A DNA stretch of 64,000 bases. Source: Callorhinchus milii (taxonomy: Eukaryota). The stretch spans positions 44,208,001 through 44,272,000 of the forward strand of contig NW_024704742.1 in assembly GCF_018977255.1 (NCBI RefSeq), in the 5' to 3' direction. The notes below the pieces were generated by a model. That model was not told the origin of the DNA and did not search any database. It saw only the letters and a program-made list of their open reading frames with translations. Position numbers and translations under genes: made by a program. Shown piece by piece: positions 24,643 through 38,108 of the stretch (position 1 is its first letter; the number at the start of each line of letters is the position of its first letter).

Positions 24643-25124
24643 AGGGACAGACTATACAGGTTACTACATGAGTTCAAAATCCCAAAGTGGGGCTTCAGTA
24701 ACTTAATGAAGTTGATTTTCTTCATTAAAGGTTTGGGGAGTATCAATTCTTGGCTACCACATTATAGCTTAGTATGAGAACACAGAGCCTTCATGTTATT
24801 TCAAATGACATCTAAAGAATGACTGATTTTTTTTGGTAGAATCTCATACTTAAACACTGTACATTGAACACAATAAAATGTCCTTGATGTGTGCACTTTT
24901 CATGGACTCATGACTGCAGACCTTGTATCTGATTGGCATATGTTGGAGAGTAGGATTGTTTTATAAATGGTTATCACAGTAATGTAGACAAAGTTATGAA
25001 GAATTAAAACATAAAATTCCTGAACCAAATGTCACCCTGCATCCACAATGGTAAACAGAATTGTTCAAATAGTTTTGAGACAGTTAGCTCACTTTTAGCT
25101 GAAGTGGTCACCTTTAGACGTCCG

Positions 25125-26524
25125 GTGCAGTGTTCCTCAGGGCTCTGTCCTTCCCCTCCTCTTCAACTCTATATGCTCTCTCTTGGTTATCATCCGCAGA
25201 CAGGGGGTCAACTTCCACATGTATGCAGATGCCACCCAACTGTACCTCTCTAGCTCCATCCTTGACTCCAGGATCACTGCTGTCCTGACAGAATGTCTGT
25301 CAGACATCAAGTCCTGGATGAGAGCAAACTTTCTTCAGTTGAACATCAATAAGACCGAGGGTCTCCCGATTGGCTCCCATCAGCACCCCCACACCTCAGG
25401 TGCTGACATCATCACCATCCATGGATAATAATAATAGTAATAATAATCCTTGCATTTGATATAGCGCTTTTCACGTCGGGAGGACGTCCCAAAGCGCTTC
25501 ACAGAACACACTGTAAAGTGAATTAACTGTATATTTGTGGGCAAACGCGGCAGCCAATTGCGCACAACAATGTCCCACAAACAGTCGTAGATTGAAAATG
25601 ACCAATTTATTATTGTTTTTGGTTTTGGAGGGATTATTATTAGGCGTCCGGAGTAAGGAAACTTGCCCAAGGTTTCGCCCTGTCTGGAATTGAACTCAGG
25701 TCTCTCACTTGCAAAGCGAGTGCTCTAACCACTGAGCTACAGGACTCCACTATGTACACTTCACCTTTTTGCTCAGCCAGTCCACAACCTTGGAGTCTTA
25801 TTTGACCCTCGACTATCCTTTCTATTCCACATCTGCGCCATGACCCGCTCTGCCTTCACCCACCTCTGCAACGTTGCCCGGCTCCGCCACTGTCTCACAT
25901 CGCAGGCCACCAAAACCCTCATACATGCTTTCATTACATCGAGGCTCGACTATGCGAACTCACTGCTTGTTGGCCTCCCCAACTCCTCCCTCCACAGGTT
26001 TCAGATCATCCAGAACTCTGCAGCCCGTGTCCTCTCCTGCACTAGTCTCCGTGACCCGATCCCCCATCCTTGCCCAACTCCACTGACTTTCCATCACACA
26101 GAGGACACAGTTCAAGATCCTGGTCCTTACCTTCAAAGCCCTCCAAAGTCTTGCTCCTCCCTACCTCTCCGACCTCCTAACCCCCTACCACCCTGTTCGC
26201 TCTCTCCGCTCAGCAGGCTCTGGCCTGCTTCACATCCCCCACCTTGCTTGCCCTGCTATCGGCGGGCGGGCCTTCTGCCACTCTGCACCCACCCTCTGGA
26301 ACTCCATCCCGCACCCCCTCTGTCTTGCCCCCTCCCTCGCCACCTTCAAGACCCATGTCAAGACCCTCCTCTTTGACCGTGGTTTCGATCTACCTGCTTC
26401 TCCCCCTGCCCTGCACCCTCCCCCACCCCATCCCTCAGCTCGAGTCCGTAACTCTGTCTGTCCAGGGCCTTGGGACGTCCTACCAACGTGAAAGGCGCTA
26501 TATAAATGTAAGTTTGTTGTTGTT
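25125..26524 (+). mobile_element. L2 LINE ORF2 fragment (RT domain to 3' tail), interrupted by a SINE
   Basis: VPQGSVL, HMYADATQLY (YADD site altered), LSDIKSWMRANFLQLNINKTE, LIHAFITSRLDYANSLLVGLP...QNSAAR, then the tail. Confidence 0.92.
25425..25749 (-). mobile_element. Young tRNA-Ala SINE nested in L2
   Basis: Family match end to end. L2 sequence resumes after it. Confidence 0.93.
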
Positions 26525-26927
26525 TGAGATGCTGTCTCACATGAAGGAAACTATATAAATGCAAGTTGTGGTTGTTGACGCATTAACTCTTAACTTTAGT
26601 TTTGGAGCAATTTCGGAATGTTTTCAGTCTGGAAAATAGAACAATACCTTAAAACTGCAACTCTGAAAGCACGGCTGCCTTTAGGCTGAGTTTATAATGT
26701 GCTCTCTGCTGACCAACCAACAATGCTACTGCTGATTATCAAACGCAGCTCCCTCAGCTTGCAGAGCCAACCGTTTTATTTGGAAATCCTGATGTCTTTT
26801 GGCCAGAAGGGCTGTTAGTGACAACCTGACTATCTGGGCATTGGCTATTTTCAGCGCAAGAAGCTGGTTGTGCTTCTGTTTAGCATAGATACTGACAAGC
26901 CAGCATGAAAACCCAGCTGCCATTTGC

Positions 26928-27283
26928 GGAGTCCTGTAACGATGGTTAGAGCACTCACCTCGCAAGTGAGCGACCCGGGTTCAGGGCGAAATGTTGGGCA
27001 AGTTTGATTACTTCACACGGCTCTGTTTACCTTGCAGTAAGTTGGAACCTGGGTTGTTAGTCAATTGACAGATCACTTTCTGGGGATAATAATCCCTTTT
27101 TTTAAAAAGAAAATTGATTTCTCAATCCCGACTGTTGCTAGGACACTGCTGTAACGCAATTCGTTGCCATTTTGCCAACGAAATACATAATCAATTCACT
27201 TTACAGTACATTCAGTGAAGCGCTTTGATAAGTCTCAATAATGTGATAAGGCGCTATAACAAATTCGAGGAGGATAATTATTA
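26928..27283 (+). mobile_element. Older, longer tRNA-Ala SINE subfamily
   Basis: Same head as the young family plus an extra CTCTGTTTACC..GCAGTAAG..GGAACC..GTTAGTC..TTTCTGGGG segment. Confidence 0.8.
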
Positions 27284-27796
27284 TGCAGCGAGGCAGCGCT
27301 CTATTGAAGGGTACAATTACAGAGGTTCCCCTTGCATGTAGTTTGTCGCAGTTTTGAGAGACTGACCCAGAAAAACAAAAAAAAATTAGATTCAGTTTTC
27401 TAGAATATGCCCTATATTATTGAATAGACATGGTTATTTATCTTTTCTGCAGGTAGTTGGCAATTAAATGTGTCTCATTGCATCAGTGGCTGTTGGCTGA
27501 TTTTGCATTGTAACTGCCTGTAAATAATTTTTGGCAAGGATGGCATCAACAATTGTAGGCCAGAATTGTAGCTACTGGCAGTTTCATCTTAATCTAACTA
27601 ACAGTGTGAATAAAGAGTACTTAGCAGGAATGTGTGATATTTATTGTGTAAGGTAGAGTTGTGAATGAGTTATCTGGGTCTGTCTCGAAAGAACAGCCTA
27701 TCAATCCTGTTATTAGATGTTCTTCACGTTATTAAACTGGATTTTGGTGATTTTGTTTTTTTAATGATGTGAGTGTACTTTGGTTTAAATTGTGAT

Positions 27797-28260
27797 AGTC
27801 AGGCTCAGTTGGCAGCACTCTCTCCCATGAGTCAGAAGGTTGTGGGTCTGACATTGGGACTTTAAGCTGACAGTCTTGGCTGTGCTTTGGACTTTGATGT
27901 GTACAAATTTGCTGCTGCGTTTGCCTACAAAATACACTGTCACGACTCGTCACAGTGAATCCTGTGAAGTGATCTTCAGCTGAGAAGTTGAACTGAGGCT
28001 TCTTCTACCTGTTCAGGTGGATGTTAAAGATCTTGATTCATTCTTCCCACTGTGTGTCCTGACCAACAATTTCTTCATATAAAATTGGGCTTTGGCTATT
28101 CTCTTCATGGCTGTTTGTGGGACGTTGTACACAAACATTTGTTCATGATTACACGGTCACTACACAGTAATATCTTGTGAAGTGCTTTGATGTCACAATG
28201 ACATTTGAGACAACCTCCCAACATGAAAGGTGACATATTAAATGCAACAATATAGGTTAT
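27797..28260 (+). mobile_element. Deu-domain SINE, rearranged
   Basis: Head GGCTCAGTTGGCAGCACTCT...GAGTCAGAAGGTTGTGGG and Deu core CCTGTTCAGGTGGATGTTAAAGAT. Confidence 0.7.
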
Positions 28261-28799
28261 TGAGGCATGGATTTAAGTGAATGCTCTTTGATCTTTATAA
28301 CAAAGCAGAAAATTGTTGTGCAGTATTGACAGGCTTCATAAACTACAGGCAAAACCTCTCAATAAAAGCTTTGTTTTTTTCTGTATAGTTGTATAAAACA
28401 TATCTTTTCTTCATCTAATTGAAACTGAGTATTGAAAACCTAATGCAGATTAATCGACACAGATATATTCATAGAAATGGAATCAGTTTGAAAGCTACAA
28501 AGGATGAGCCAACATTGGAAGTGAAGAAATTAATTAACAGCCCCTTTGCTTCTTCATTCTGCCAATGCACAGCAAATTGTTTTATTAAAACCTTATCCTG
28601 CTCTGTATATATTTGCCTTAGAAAGTCAGATAGCATTTAGAAGCAAAATCCAATTTCTTAAAAAGTTCCCTTCCTCCTACTTCTCTACTCGGTTCATTCA
28701 ACTGATGAAAGTACTCATTTGGTTACAATCTATATATATATAGAAAAATGGTGATATTTTGTCTTTTGTCAGCCTTGTATCTGACACATGCAGAAACCA

Positions 28800-29110
28800 A
28801 TTGCTGTGGTTAAGAGTATCCAAATCAATCCACAGAAAGTTTCACAAGTGCATAGAAATTTTGTTTTGTGTGGAATGTACACTCTCTCTCTGGAGGGACG
28901 CACCCTCCTCACTTTATTTCAGGAAGTTTTGGGAACAGGTTGGCAGCAGCCAAGGCTTGGGAAAATGTAACTAGCTAAAACCATGCAGTTTTCCCTTGTG
29001 ATTGCAGTGACAAGCTACCTACTGCTTATCCAAATAGACCAACCCTAGTTGGAAAAACAGTGGATAGCTTGCCACTGTATTAGGGCGAATTAGGGCTTTG
29101 GCTTCCGGGG
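28800..29110 (+). repeat. Unclassified interspersed repeat, diverged copy
   Basis: AGAGTATCCAAA...GGAATG...CAGGTTGGCAG.AGCCAAGGCTTGGG...TTAGGGCTTTGGC. Confidence 0.55.
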
Positions 29111-29269
29111 TAAGAGGTATTGAGTGGGAAGAACCACTGCACCTAATAACTTATCTTCCCTTGCAAGTGCAGCTGGTGAGTTACACTTGCAGGTTTGTCA
29201 TCAACAGTGCCTCGGATTGCTGTTGCCCTTGCTTGGGTCAGGAACCAGACTTTTTCTGGGGTCAGACTG

Positions 29270-29860
29270 ACACCTGGGGAAACTCATCACCGTGCTTGAG
29301 ATGCTACCCTGCGTGAAGGGTGTTAGATACGTGCATGTTGTTGTTAAGATTATCCAAACCAAATTGCTAATTTCATGCATCCCATCTATACATGGAAATT
29401 ACCAAGATGTTTACTGGAATGGAATACGCACTCACTCCCGGGAGGGAGACATCCTTCTTATCTAATTGCCGAGTATTAGGCCCAGGTTGGCAAAAGCCAA
29501 GACTTGGGGTTCCCAGAATTTGTGTTGGGGTACTGCTGGAGTCTAACCAGCTAAATCCAGATAGCTTGCCTGGCAAGCTTTCCTGCTGTTTGTCCAGCTG
29601 GGGCCAGCATGCCCGTTCAGGGCTCTGGCTTACAGGGTTAATAGGAGCTGAGTGTGCAGAATCCCTGTCCTCAGTGACTGGTCTGCCCTTTCAAGTCCTG
29701 CTGATCAGCGAGGCTGGCTGGGCTGCCATCAACAGGGCCCTGGAGTATTGTGTATCTGCCTGGTTCAGGAATTGGACGACTGAGATTGCCACAGAGGATT
29801 AGAGGAAAATTCCGATTTTCTATTGTCAAACGTGTCACCTTGAAGCCAGTTCAGCCTTCA
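29270..29860 (+). repeat. Unclassified interspersed repeat, with a short L2 tail inserted at ~29298-29345
   Basis: Aligns with 51585-52130 and with the reverse complement of 16400-16920. Confidence 0.75.
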
Positions 29861-30639
29861 TGTATTTGTCATCTTCCCTCTTGAAACTCACAACAGGCTC
29901 TGCTATATACAGCATCCAAGTAGATCATACAGACCATTGTATGATCATAAAGACTGAAGCTATTCCCCTAATCCTTTCCCATGCGGTTTCTCCATATGGT
30001 TTAATATTAGTTTTCTTCAAGTAATTACCATTAACCTTTCAAATGCCTGTGATGTCCTTTCTATAACGTGGTACCCAAATGGATGCACTATTCTAAACAG
30101 CCTAATATTGAAAACACTTGGTGCCATGGGAGTTGGAAATGAACAAATCATCTGCATTTCTTCTTTTCATCAGGGGGTGGAATGAATTTTTGATTTTACA
30201 GTGAAATGATGTTGAATTATGTAGTACGTTTACAGAATCATTTAAACCACCCATGGCATTGACAGAGTTAAAGTGTTAAAGTGGGTGTTACAAATTCAGA
30301 AGTGGTTGCAGTTTATCTTGAATAAGTGATACCCTGGAATCTCGGTTTGCAATTCATTCATTTTTTTATAAAATTATTTCCTCCTTTAGTTGAAATAATT
30401 TGAGTATGGTTCTGAATTTCTAAAGAAGCAAGCAGGAAGTGGTATAAGAAGGAAGCTTCGGGAGTTCTGTATACCTGCTGTACTTGGTATTAATATTACA
30501 CTGTCTCATTTTTTTATTTAATCAAAACAGCTGTTTTATCTGAATTTAACAAAGGCAGAAGTCGCACCAGTTTCACAGAATGATTATTTACCAAAGACCC
30601 TCACATTAGCATCTATATTATGCAATTGGTGTTGAGTAG

Positions 30640-31410
30640 AATCCTAAAAAATATTGATTTACAATGCAGAAAGAGGCTGTACGGCCTGTAAATCTGCACA
30701 GGCGCTGGTCTGAGCAAGCCATTCAATTTCGCTCGCTTGCCCTCTCTCCTGATACTTTCAAGCCTCTATCTTTCATATGCCTGTCTACTTCCCTCTTAAA
30801 ACCCACAATTGGCTCTGCCTCTACCGAAACTTTGCAGGACATTCCAACACCTCTCTGGGGGAAAAAAAATGGTCTTTTGCTGCTTTTGTGATTATTTTAT
30901 GTATATATCCTACCCATGGGAATAGCTTCTCTGTATTTACCCTGTCATAATTTGTACACCTCCAGCAAGACCCCTCTTAATCTTCTCTGCTCTAATGAAA
31001 ACAGACCCAGCTTCTCTAATCTCTCCTCAAGATTATAGCTCCTCATCCCTGGTATCATCCTCTCCAATGACTATTCCGCCATTGAATGTATTCTCCCTTC
31101 CCTCTTTTTTTCCTGCCAAAATGAATTGCCTTGCATTTCACTTCATGCAACTTCATCTATTTAAGTCCTCCTGCAGCCTCTTGCCATTCTCACTATACCT
31201 CCATGCTTGGTATCGTCCACAAATTTGATATCATGCCCCCATAGCAAAGTCATCAATATAGAATATATGGATAAAACGAGACCCTTGTGACATAGACCCT
31301 TGTAACACACCACTAATTACCATCTGCCAACTTATCTGTCCTACTCATTGTTTGCTGTCCTTGAGTCACCTTTCTATCAAATTGCCACATTTCCTCCATT
31401 CCTTGTGCTC
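30640..31410 (-). mobile_element. Decayed CR1 LINE
   Basis: CCCCTCTTAATCTTCTCTGCTCTAATGAAAACA is the reverse of the LFSLEQRRLRG motif. TCGTCCACAAAT is the reverse of a FADD-like site. Confidence 0.7.
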
Positions 31411-31804
31411 CTTGTGAGTATGTTTATTCATTTTGTTTGCTTAACATGAGCTGTTGTAAAATGGTAGTCGATTACAATAACAAGCCACCTTCTGGGGGAT
31501 AAGTGGAAGATTAGAGCTATTTTAGATTGTATCACAAGGTTGTGAATGCAATCTAGGGGTTCATATAATTTCTTAAACCCTGAGATTGTGTCGTAATTAA
31601 TCATCCAAGCCAAATGTTTTGTTTTGTGTTTGAAAATCCAAATGCTGTTCGGTATATTTTCCTGTAACAGGAAAGATGGCAGGTCAGCATGGAAACTACC
31701 ATGTGACAGAAAATTAAGATTATAAAGAGTACAAAGACTTTTACGAAAAATAATACTTTTTGCTGTACTTTTTATATAATGGTTGTTTGTTACTCAAATA
31801 CTCA

Positions 31805-32112
31805 ATCTGACTATATTTTGTGGGTGAACTGTGGCAGCCAATTGCGTGCAGCAAAGTCCCACAAATAGCCATGAAGTGAGTGACCAATTTTATTTGGAGA
31901 GGATTGTTAGCTGGGAAACCGGAAGAAATTCTCTTTTCGAATAGTGCCATGACATCTTCAACATCCACCTGAACAGGCAGATGGGACCTCCAACAATGTA
32001 ACCCCCCCCCCTCCCCAGCACTGCATTGGAATGTCATCTTAGACTATGCGATTCCAAGTCCCGATGTGGGGTTTGAACCCACAATGTTTTGACTTGCAGG
32101 CAAGAGTGCTAT
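31805..32112 (-). mobile_element. Deu-domain SINE
   Basis: TCGAATAGTGCCATG...AACATCCACCTGAACAGGCAGA, with the head at GTTTGAACCCACAA. Confidence 0.75.
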
Positions 32113-32284
32113 CACACAAGCTTAATTAAGTCTGGGTATTTTTTTAATTTGGGGGGAATAATATGAATTGATTAGGTCTTTGGGTAACCTGATCTTTGAG
32201 TGAAATGTGAATGTACAAATCTAAAAGTATTCCTGGGGGAGGAACCTCTTGACTTAATTTTGAGAGTATTGCAAAAAAAACGAT

Positions 32285-32500
32285 TGAATGGACTGGGTTT
32301 GGGAATTGGTTAGCAAATTTCAATTTCCTCTAAAGTCCCTAGCTTTGAATCTGATCCAGACTAATGGAATGCAAGTCTCCTCTCTGCCAATTTGAAAGAT
32401 CTTTTGTAAAATGAGTCGATAGGTTCTAGTCTGGTCCTGAGTTGGTGCAGTCCCTCAGTACAGAAAGGCCATCATCTGCCTTAAATTAGTTGTAATGTCT
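32285..32500 (+). mobile_element. Very old SINE, possibly LF-SINE-like (name from recall)
   Basis: GTAAAATGAGT...CTAGTCTGGTCCTGAGTTGG...CCATCA resembles the recalled LF-SINE body. Weak match. Confidence 0.3.
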
Positions 32501-33935
32501 CAAGAAGATGATAAACATTGCTTACATAGAAAATATAGAGTCAAACTGGTGCAGTAAGGATGTTCTGTTAATGCACATTGTTAACACAAGGCAGGTTTCC
32601 TGAACATCTACCATGTGCTGTACATGATCTGGAAGGGCTCAATAGCAACACTTAGTGCAGGAATTTCTCTAATATTTATCATTTGACAACACTTGAGCAA
32701 GCTAATAATAGAGAAACATTTCCCAAAATATTTATAATGTATATGGACGATCCAGGCCGCAGAAAAGCAAGAAGAGATGACGTAGGTAGGAAGGATGAGG
32801 CTGTTAAGCAATTTGATGGTCAGGGTAAACAGTTAAGCTTTGGATAACTGTTCATTTGGAATATTTATGATTGATTTTGGAACATTCAAGACTTGACAGA
32901 GTTATAAATTAATTTTTTTTTGTATGATGGCCGAAATAATATGAAAATATTACAGGAAAAAATTGGAGATTCCCAAATGTATGAGTGAAAATGGGTGCGG
33001 AAATTCCCACTAATTACAGAATCACTATTTGGTTACTTATATGGTTGTTATGTTAATAGATGTTATCGATTTTAATTTTATTTACCAGTAGTTCAGTGAT
33101 TATTAATTTTGTAATATTCATTTATAATTGTTGGTGGAATTAAATATTTGAACTGCAGCAAATGTCAATGAAGTTTCAAATGTTTTGTGAATTATTTTAA
33201 AAATTGAGTCATTCAAATAAATTGCATGGAGTATTAATGGTTCATATTCAGCAAATGTTAACTAATGTTAAATGTTCATTACTAAAGTAACAGAAGCAGA
33301 ATCTTTTAAGACTGTTGACACTTAGTGTCCTTCACATGTCAATATTATTTTGAGTTATTTAATAAAAGTACTGTTGCAGAATCCATATTGAATAGACAGT
33401 GATTTGAGCCATGTACTGTAACCGTTGCACTGAACATGGCTCAGATCTTGAACAGTATTACATTGCTTTCACCCAATTTGGCCTTTATGAATTTGTAAAA
33501 CAATGTTTCACCACTGTATAGTACCATCTCCCACTAGTACAAAAGTCTTCCATGTCATACTCGTGGTCCAGTATTGAAATAGCTTGGTTGGTTGACAGAA
33601 TGGTGCTTCCACATTGTGCTGTTGAGTGCTAGGGCACTTGTTACTGGAGTGAGGTAGAGAACACATGGATGCTTCATTCTTCGTGAAGATGTGCTGGAAA
33701 GTCACAAACGACATTTCATGGCCGACTTTAGTATTGTACTTGTCTTGTATCTTTTTAGGTGCCTGCAGACAAGCAGGCGGTGAATTATATGTGATACATG
33801 GGAACTAAGAGGAAGAGAGTAATTACATGTATTTTATTCAAAAAGTACAACCAATCATTATCCGGGTCCTTCCTGGTTGATCATTGAACTTGGCAGATAA
33901 ACAAGCCTATAAATATTTATATTATGTGTAACCAG

Positions 33936-34245
33936 GTGTCAGTGTGGCTTAATTGGTAGTACTCTTGCTTCTGAGTTGGAAGATTATGGATTTAAACACC
34001 AGATGAAGGCTTTGACCTCAGTCTAGCTGGGGGATCGCTCTATTGTTAGAGTTGTTGTCCATCGATGAGCTGTAAACTGAGGTCTGTCTGGCTGTTCAGG
34101 TGGATGTTAATGACCTTGTGGCACTATTTGAAAAGAGCAGAGAGTTTCTTCTGGTGTCTTGGCCAACAAAATGGAGTATCACTCTCGCGGGCAAGCTCAA
34201 AGTCCTGATGTGGGTCTTCAATCCAGTGTTACCAACTGAGTCAGT
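33936..34245 (+). mobile_element. Deu-domain SINE just upstream of the EF-hand exon
   Basis: Head GGCTTAATTGGTAGTACTCTTGC and core CTGTTCAGGTGGATGTTAA...GGCACTATTTGAAAAGAGCAG. Confidence 0.7.
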
Positions 34246-34479
34246 ATAAAGGCACAGTGAAAAGACTGCTTAAAATTATTGCCATTTACAATTGGGAAAA
34301 GGCGCAGAGAAAAATTCTCAAAAGATTTCCAGTCTGTAGATTTTAAGAAATGCCGTGGATTATCAATTATGTGAAAATCAGTAAAGAATCTCTTAAGTAC
34401 AGTATATCTACTATGTCTTATATATAAGTCTATTCCAGGTTTTGGACCAATTTCTAACCTCTTAACTTTTTACTTTTAG

Positions 34480-34610
34480 ATAATTGCAGTACGTTGAACC
34501 CAGCGTGCCTGAACGAGGATGATAGGTTTAGCCTTGAGGCTATTCGTACGATTCACAAGCAGATGGATGATGACAATGATGGGGATGTTGACGTAGAGGA
34601 AAGTCATGAG
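34480..34610 (+). CDS. STIM2: STIM-family coding exon 2: conserved Cys pair and canonical EF-hand (DNCSTLNPACLNEDDRFSLEAIRTIHKQMDDDNDGDVDVEESHE)
   Basis: Acceptor TTTTTACTTTTAG and donor GAG|GTAAAT; 131 nt, phase 1 to 0. Matches recalled STIM2 (DRFSLEALQTIHKQMDDDKDGGIEVEES) and STIM1 (DDDANGDVDVEES). Confidence 0.93.
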
Positions 34611-36039
34611 GTAAATCAGCCTTTATTTGTTGTAATTTCTGGGTGTAAGATGCATTTCCATACATCTGAGGAACTAGTACCGAGTGGAAGGCATTTCGTT
34701 ACACAAGTTATTGCCTTTGAGTTCTAAGGCTATCATTGATGAGGCTTTAGGCTTCTTTGTCTGACATTCTCCCTGTGAAACTTTGTATTTGTGATTAAAT
34801 ACTCCAGAATTAGTTTTAAAATCCTTAAAATATAAAACCTGACAAGCTAGTTTTGGAAGACTTTGACCTTAAAGATTTGTTCCATTACTGTAACTGAAAT
34901 TTTTAAAGACCCAAAATGTCTAACTTTCTCATGATCAAAGCTGCAGCAATGATGCATTGTTTTCTATCTGTCAGCTTGAAAATTATTTAAAATATGCCTA
35001 TTGCACAGATAATAAGCTATTTAACTTGTGTATGACATTTCTCTAGTTGATTTATACTTTGCAAGTTGTAGATAAACTACTAATTAAACTAGGACGAGCG
35101 AAACAAAAATGTGTGTGCTTTAAATTCCTTTTTTTTTCACATAGATGGACATTGCCCTCCTTTTTGCCTATGCAGTCCAATATTTGGTGATTTCTATCTA
35201 GTTTCCTTTATAAGGAAATGGATGGTATGTCATGCTGACCAATGACACAATCCACTTTAGGAACTAAGTTGCTGTAGATCAGTGTGATTTACTTCTGGTT
35301 GCCAGGAGTCCTGCTCTGATTTCTCGTTAAGGAACCCTGTTAGGATTTACTGCATTGAGACCCTAATATCCAACCCTTTATGTTGTTGTTTTTCTTCAGT
35401 TGTCATTTTTCTATCTTGTTATTTCCTTTATTTGTATCGCCTTCATTTTACCAAGTAATACTTTTTGTCTCAATTACTCTATCTGAACACTTGATTGTTG
35501 CTAATTTGCAGACCTTGGCAGCTAAAAATACACAACCAAGCTCAGTTTATAACAAGAAAATAGTTCTTTAAAAAATGTTTGTTTAAGACTGTTTATTCGA
35601 AATGAATTATAGCTGAGCACGTTTCGTGCTGTCAACATAATTTCAACATTGTTTCGTGCAAGTTATATGCTGGCAAATGGAAGAAATTAATTAATGACAA
35701 ACCTTCTTTCTCAACAATTGGTGAACTAAATCTCAAAGCTTCCTCAGAGACTAGTCGAAGCTCTGATAAAATGTGTCACGAAAGAACCCAAGTAGCGAGC
35801 CAGCTCATCTATTATTATTATTGTGGAGCTAGAATTTGACCCAAGAGCAGCGTTCTATATATTCTGTCCTGATATACAGTGTATATGTATCATTGTCATG
35901 GCATAGTGCATTGGTCATTGTAATCTGTGCCACCAGGCCACCGCATCTATTTAACATTCATACAGCATTTGGTTTGCTCCTGACGTGAAAGGCACTATAC
36001 AAATGTAATTTGTTGTGGTTGTTGCTACTGAAGTTACTG

Positions 36040-36205
36040 CTGGAAGCAACTATGTTTGAAGCAATAAGCATCAATGTATTTAAGAGAGAACTTAATGTAT
36101 GCATGAGGTTGAAAGAGAGGGGAATAGGAGTGGTGGAGGCACACATAGAGTATAAACACCGAGCATGGACTAGTTGTTTCTGTGCTGTCACATTCTACGT
36201 AATTC
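36040..36205 (+). mobile_element. Short CR1 3' fragment
   Basis: GAAGCAA..AGCATCAATGTATTTAAGAGAGAACTT and tail TGTTTCTGTGCTGT. Confidence 0.6.
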
Positions 36206-37084
36206 TCTGATGATGGTTATTTTAGATTGGCTTTTTGGATCTCTTATTCCTTTTGTCGGAACTTTGGAGTTGGCGAACACCGCGTGTTGGGAAAATTAAA
36301 GCAAACCAACAGATTACCTTTTAAGGCAAACGCAGTTGTATTTATAAAACTGTGTCCTGTAAAGCAGCTGCCGAATTTCACCACGTGTGAAAGTGGTTTG
36401 AGGCCTACAAAGGTAGAGTGACTAATAATTTAGCAAGTTACTCGTTGTGTGACCTCAACACTACAGCTCTAAATATTTGTGGCATTTAGAGCAGCAAATT
36501 GATTCATTCACTGCCTCCTTTTTAAAAAAAAATTTATATACAGAAACTAGCTGATGATTGCTTGATTTTTATCTTTGAATAGGCACCATATTTCCTGTGA
36601 CGGTGCTGCTAACTGACTCGGGTTCTGAGTAACGTTTTGCTTTTAACTGGATGTGTGACGCCTCCTTAAATTATGGAGGAAATGTTGTAATTTGGCTGGC
36701 TTATTTCGAGTCTCACTGCTTGAAGTAACTTAACTCTCGTTTTGACAGTGATGAACACTTCTGAAAAATATTTTGTCTTCTGTGCATGATGTGGTAATGT
36801 GGCAGAGTATGCTATGAGTGTTTAAAAGTGGCCAGTTCCTATAGAGATGACAGATGCACATGGAAGACTGATGCACAAGGTAATAATGCAAATGTCAATA
36901 AAGTCTGTTGAGAACCATAAAAGCACTTTAACCAGGTGTATTAGGGTTTATAGAACAGCAGGCTTCTTGGCTCCAGTGAAATTGCGCAACCAATATGACT
37001 TTTAAAAGGTATATTGCTCTAATTGGTACAAGCCTCCCAGTTTAATTTTAGAGGTTAGAGGAACGAGCTACAATTTTATGGGCA

Positions 37085-37390
37085 TTGTCCATCCTCCATT
37101 ACCTCTTTCCACTAATCGGCTTTTTCAATCAGGAGCTGAAGCCTATTCTGTCCTCGCATGATGTCTGTCCGGCTGTACTTTTAAGCAGAGATCACTGGAT
37201 AGCAATCAGGAATAGGAACCTTGCTAATTCCGTCCCTCTTCTTTGCCAGGAGTCCTAAGACCAGTTATAGTGTATCTCACAGCTGAGGTCAGCTAATTTG
37301 GCACAGACAATGATTTAAGCCTGGGACCTTTACCACGCTCCATGACTTGAGTTGCCTGACCATGGCTTCCTGACTGAGTTATTGGGGAAG
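37085..37390 (-). mobile_element. Ancient tRNA-SINE, AmnSINE2-like
   Basis: CACTGGATAGCAATCAGGAATAGGAACC...GCTGAGGTCAGCTAA...CACAGAC...CCTGGGACCTT. Confidence 0.55.
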
Positions 37391-38108
37391 ATTTGTACTT
37401 TTTAAGGTAAAATATATTTAAATAGTAAAATTTTGCTACCCTTTACGAGAAGTCACCTGAAGAGCTGTTCAATTTCTGTTGTTTCTATTTCAAAATAGAT
37501 GCTCATTTTTTAGAGGGAGTACAGTGGAGGGCATTAGATTCATTTTGGAAATTGGGAGAGATTTTTGAGAGAAGATTGGCCACCCAAGAACATTTCACTT
37601 GAAACATACAATTAACTTCGCAAAATGTTGACCCGCCTATTGTTACAATCCACCACATACTGTTATTCTGGTGGCTGGGCTCAGCCGTGCTTACTTAGTA
37701 TGTTTTGTACACAATTGAGTTTGTGTATTGTTATGTAAATTTGCGGTCCCCATGAACAAAACTATTGAATAAGGTTACACCCTGCCGTGTTGTGCTATCA
37801 GAGCGGTCCAGAGCATCACCTGGCACTTGAAGTCCAGATCCAACAATGACAACAACTTGCATTTGTATCCAAGACTCATGTGGATGGTCCATTGGGAGTG
37901 TTGGATGGGTTGATGGATAGTCCAATGGGAGGGCAGGGCAGGTCGATGGAAGATTGATATATAACGTAGTGATGAAAGGCTCACTATCCAATGACAAGAA
38001 GCTGTTACAATGCAGTATTTAGTGCCTTTTGTGACTATTATTTTTGTGATTCAACTTCGAAGATAAAACAGTCAGAAATAATTGATTTTATCTTCTTAAA
38101 CTCTTATT

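Noticed and set aside
26953..26969. Apparent compensatory change in the SINE anticodon stem (CTCAC/GTGAG)
   Set aside because: Fully explained by CpG deamination on both arms.
34485..34489. Alternative acceptor TGCAG 10 nt inside the EF-hand exon
   Set aside because: It would give a 121-nt out-of-frame exon and drop the conserved Cys.
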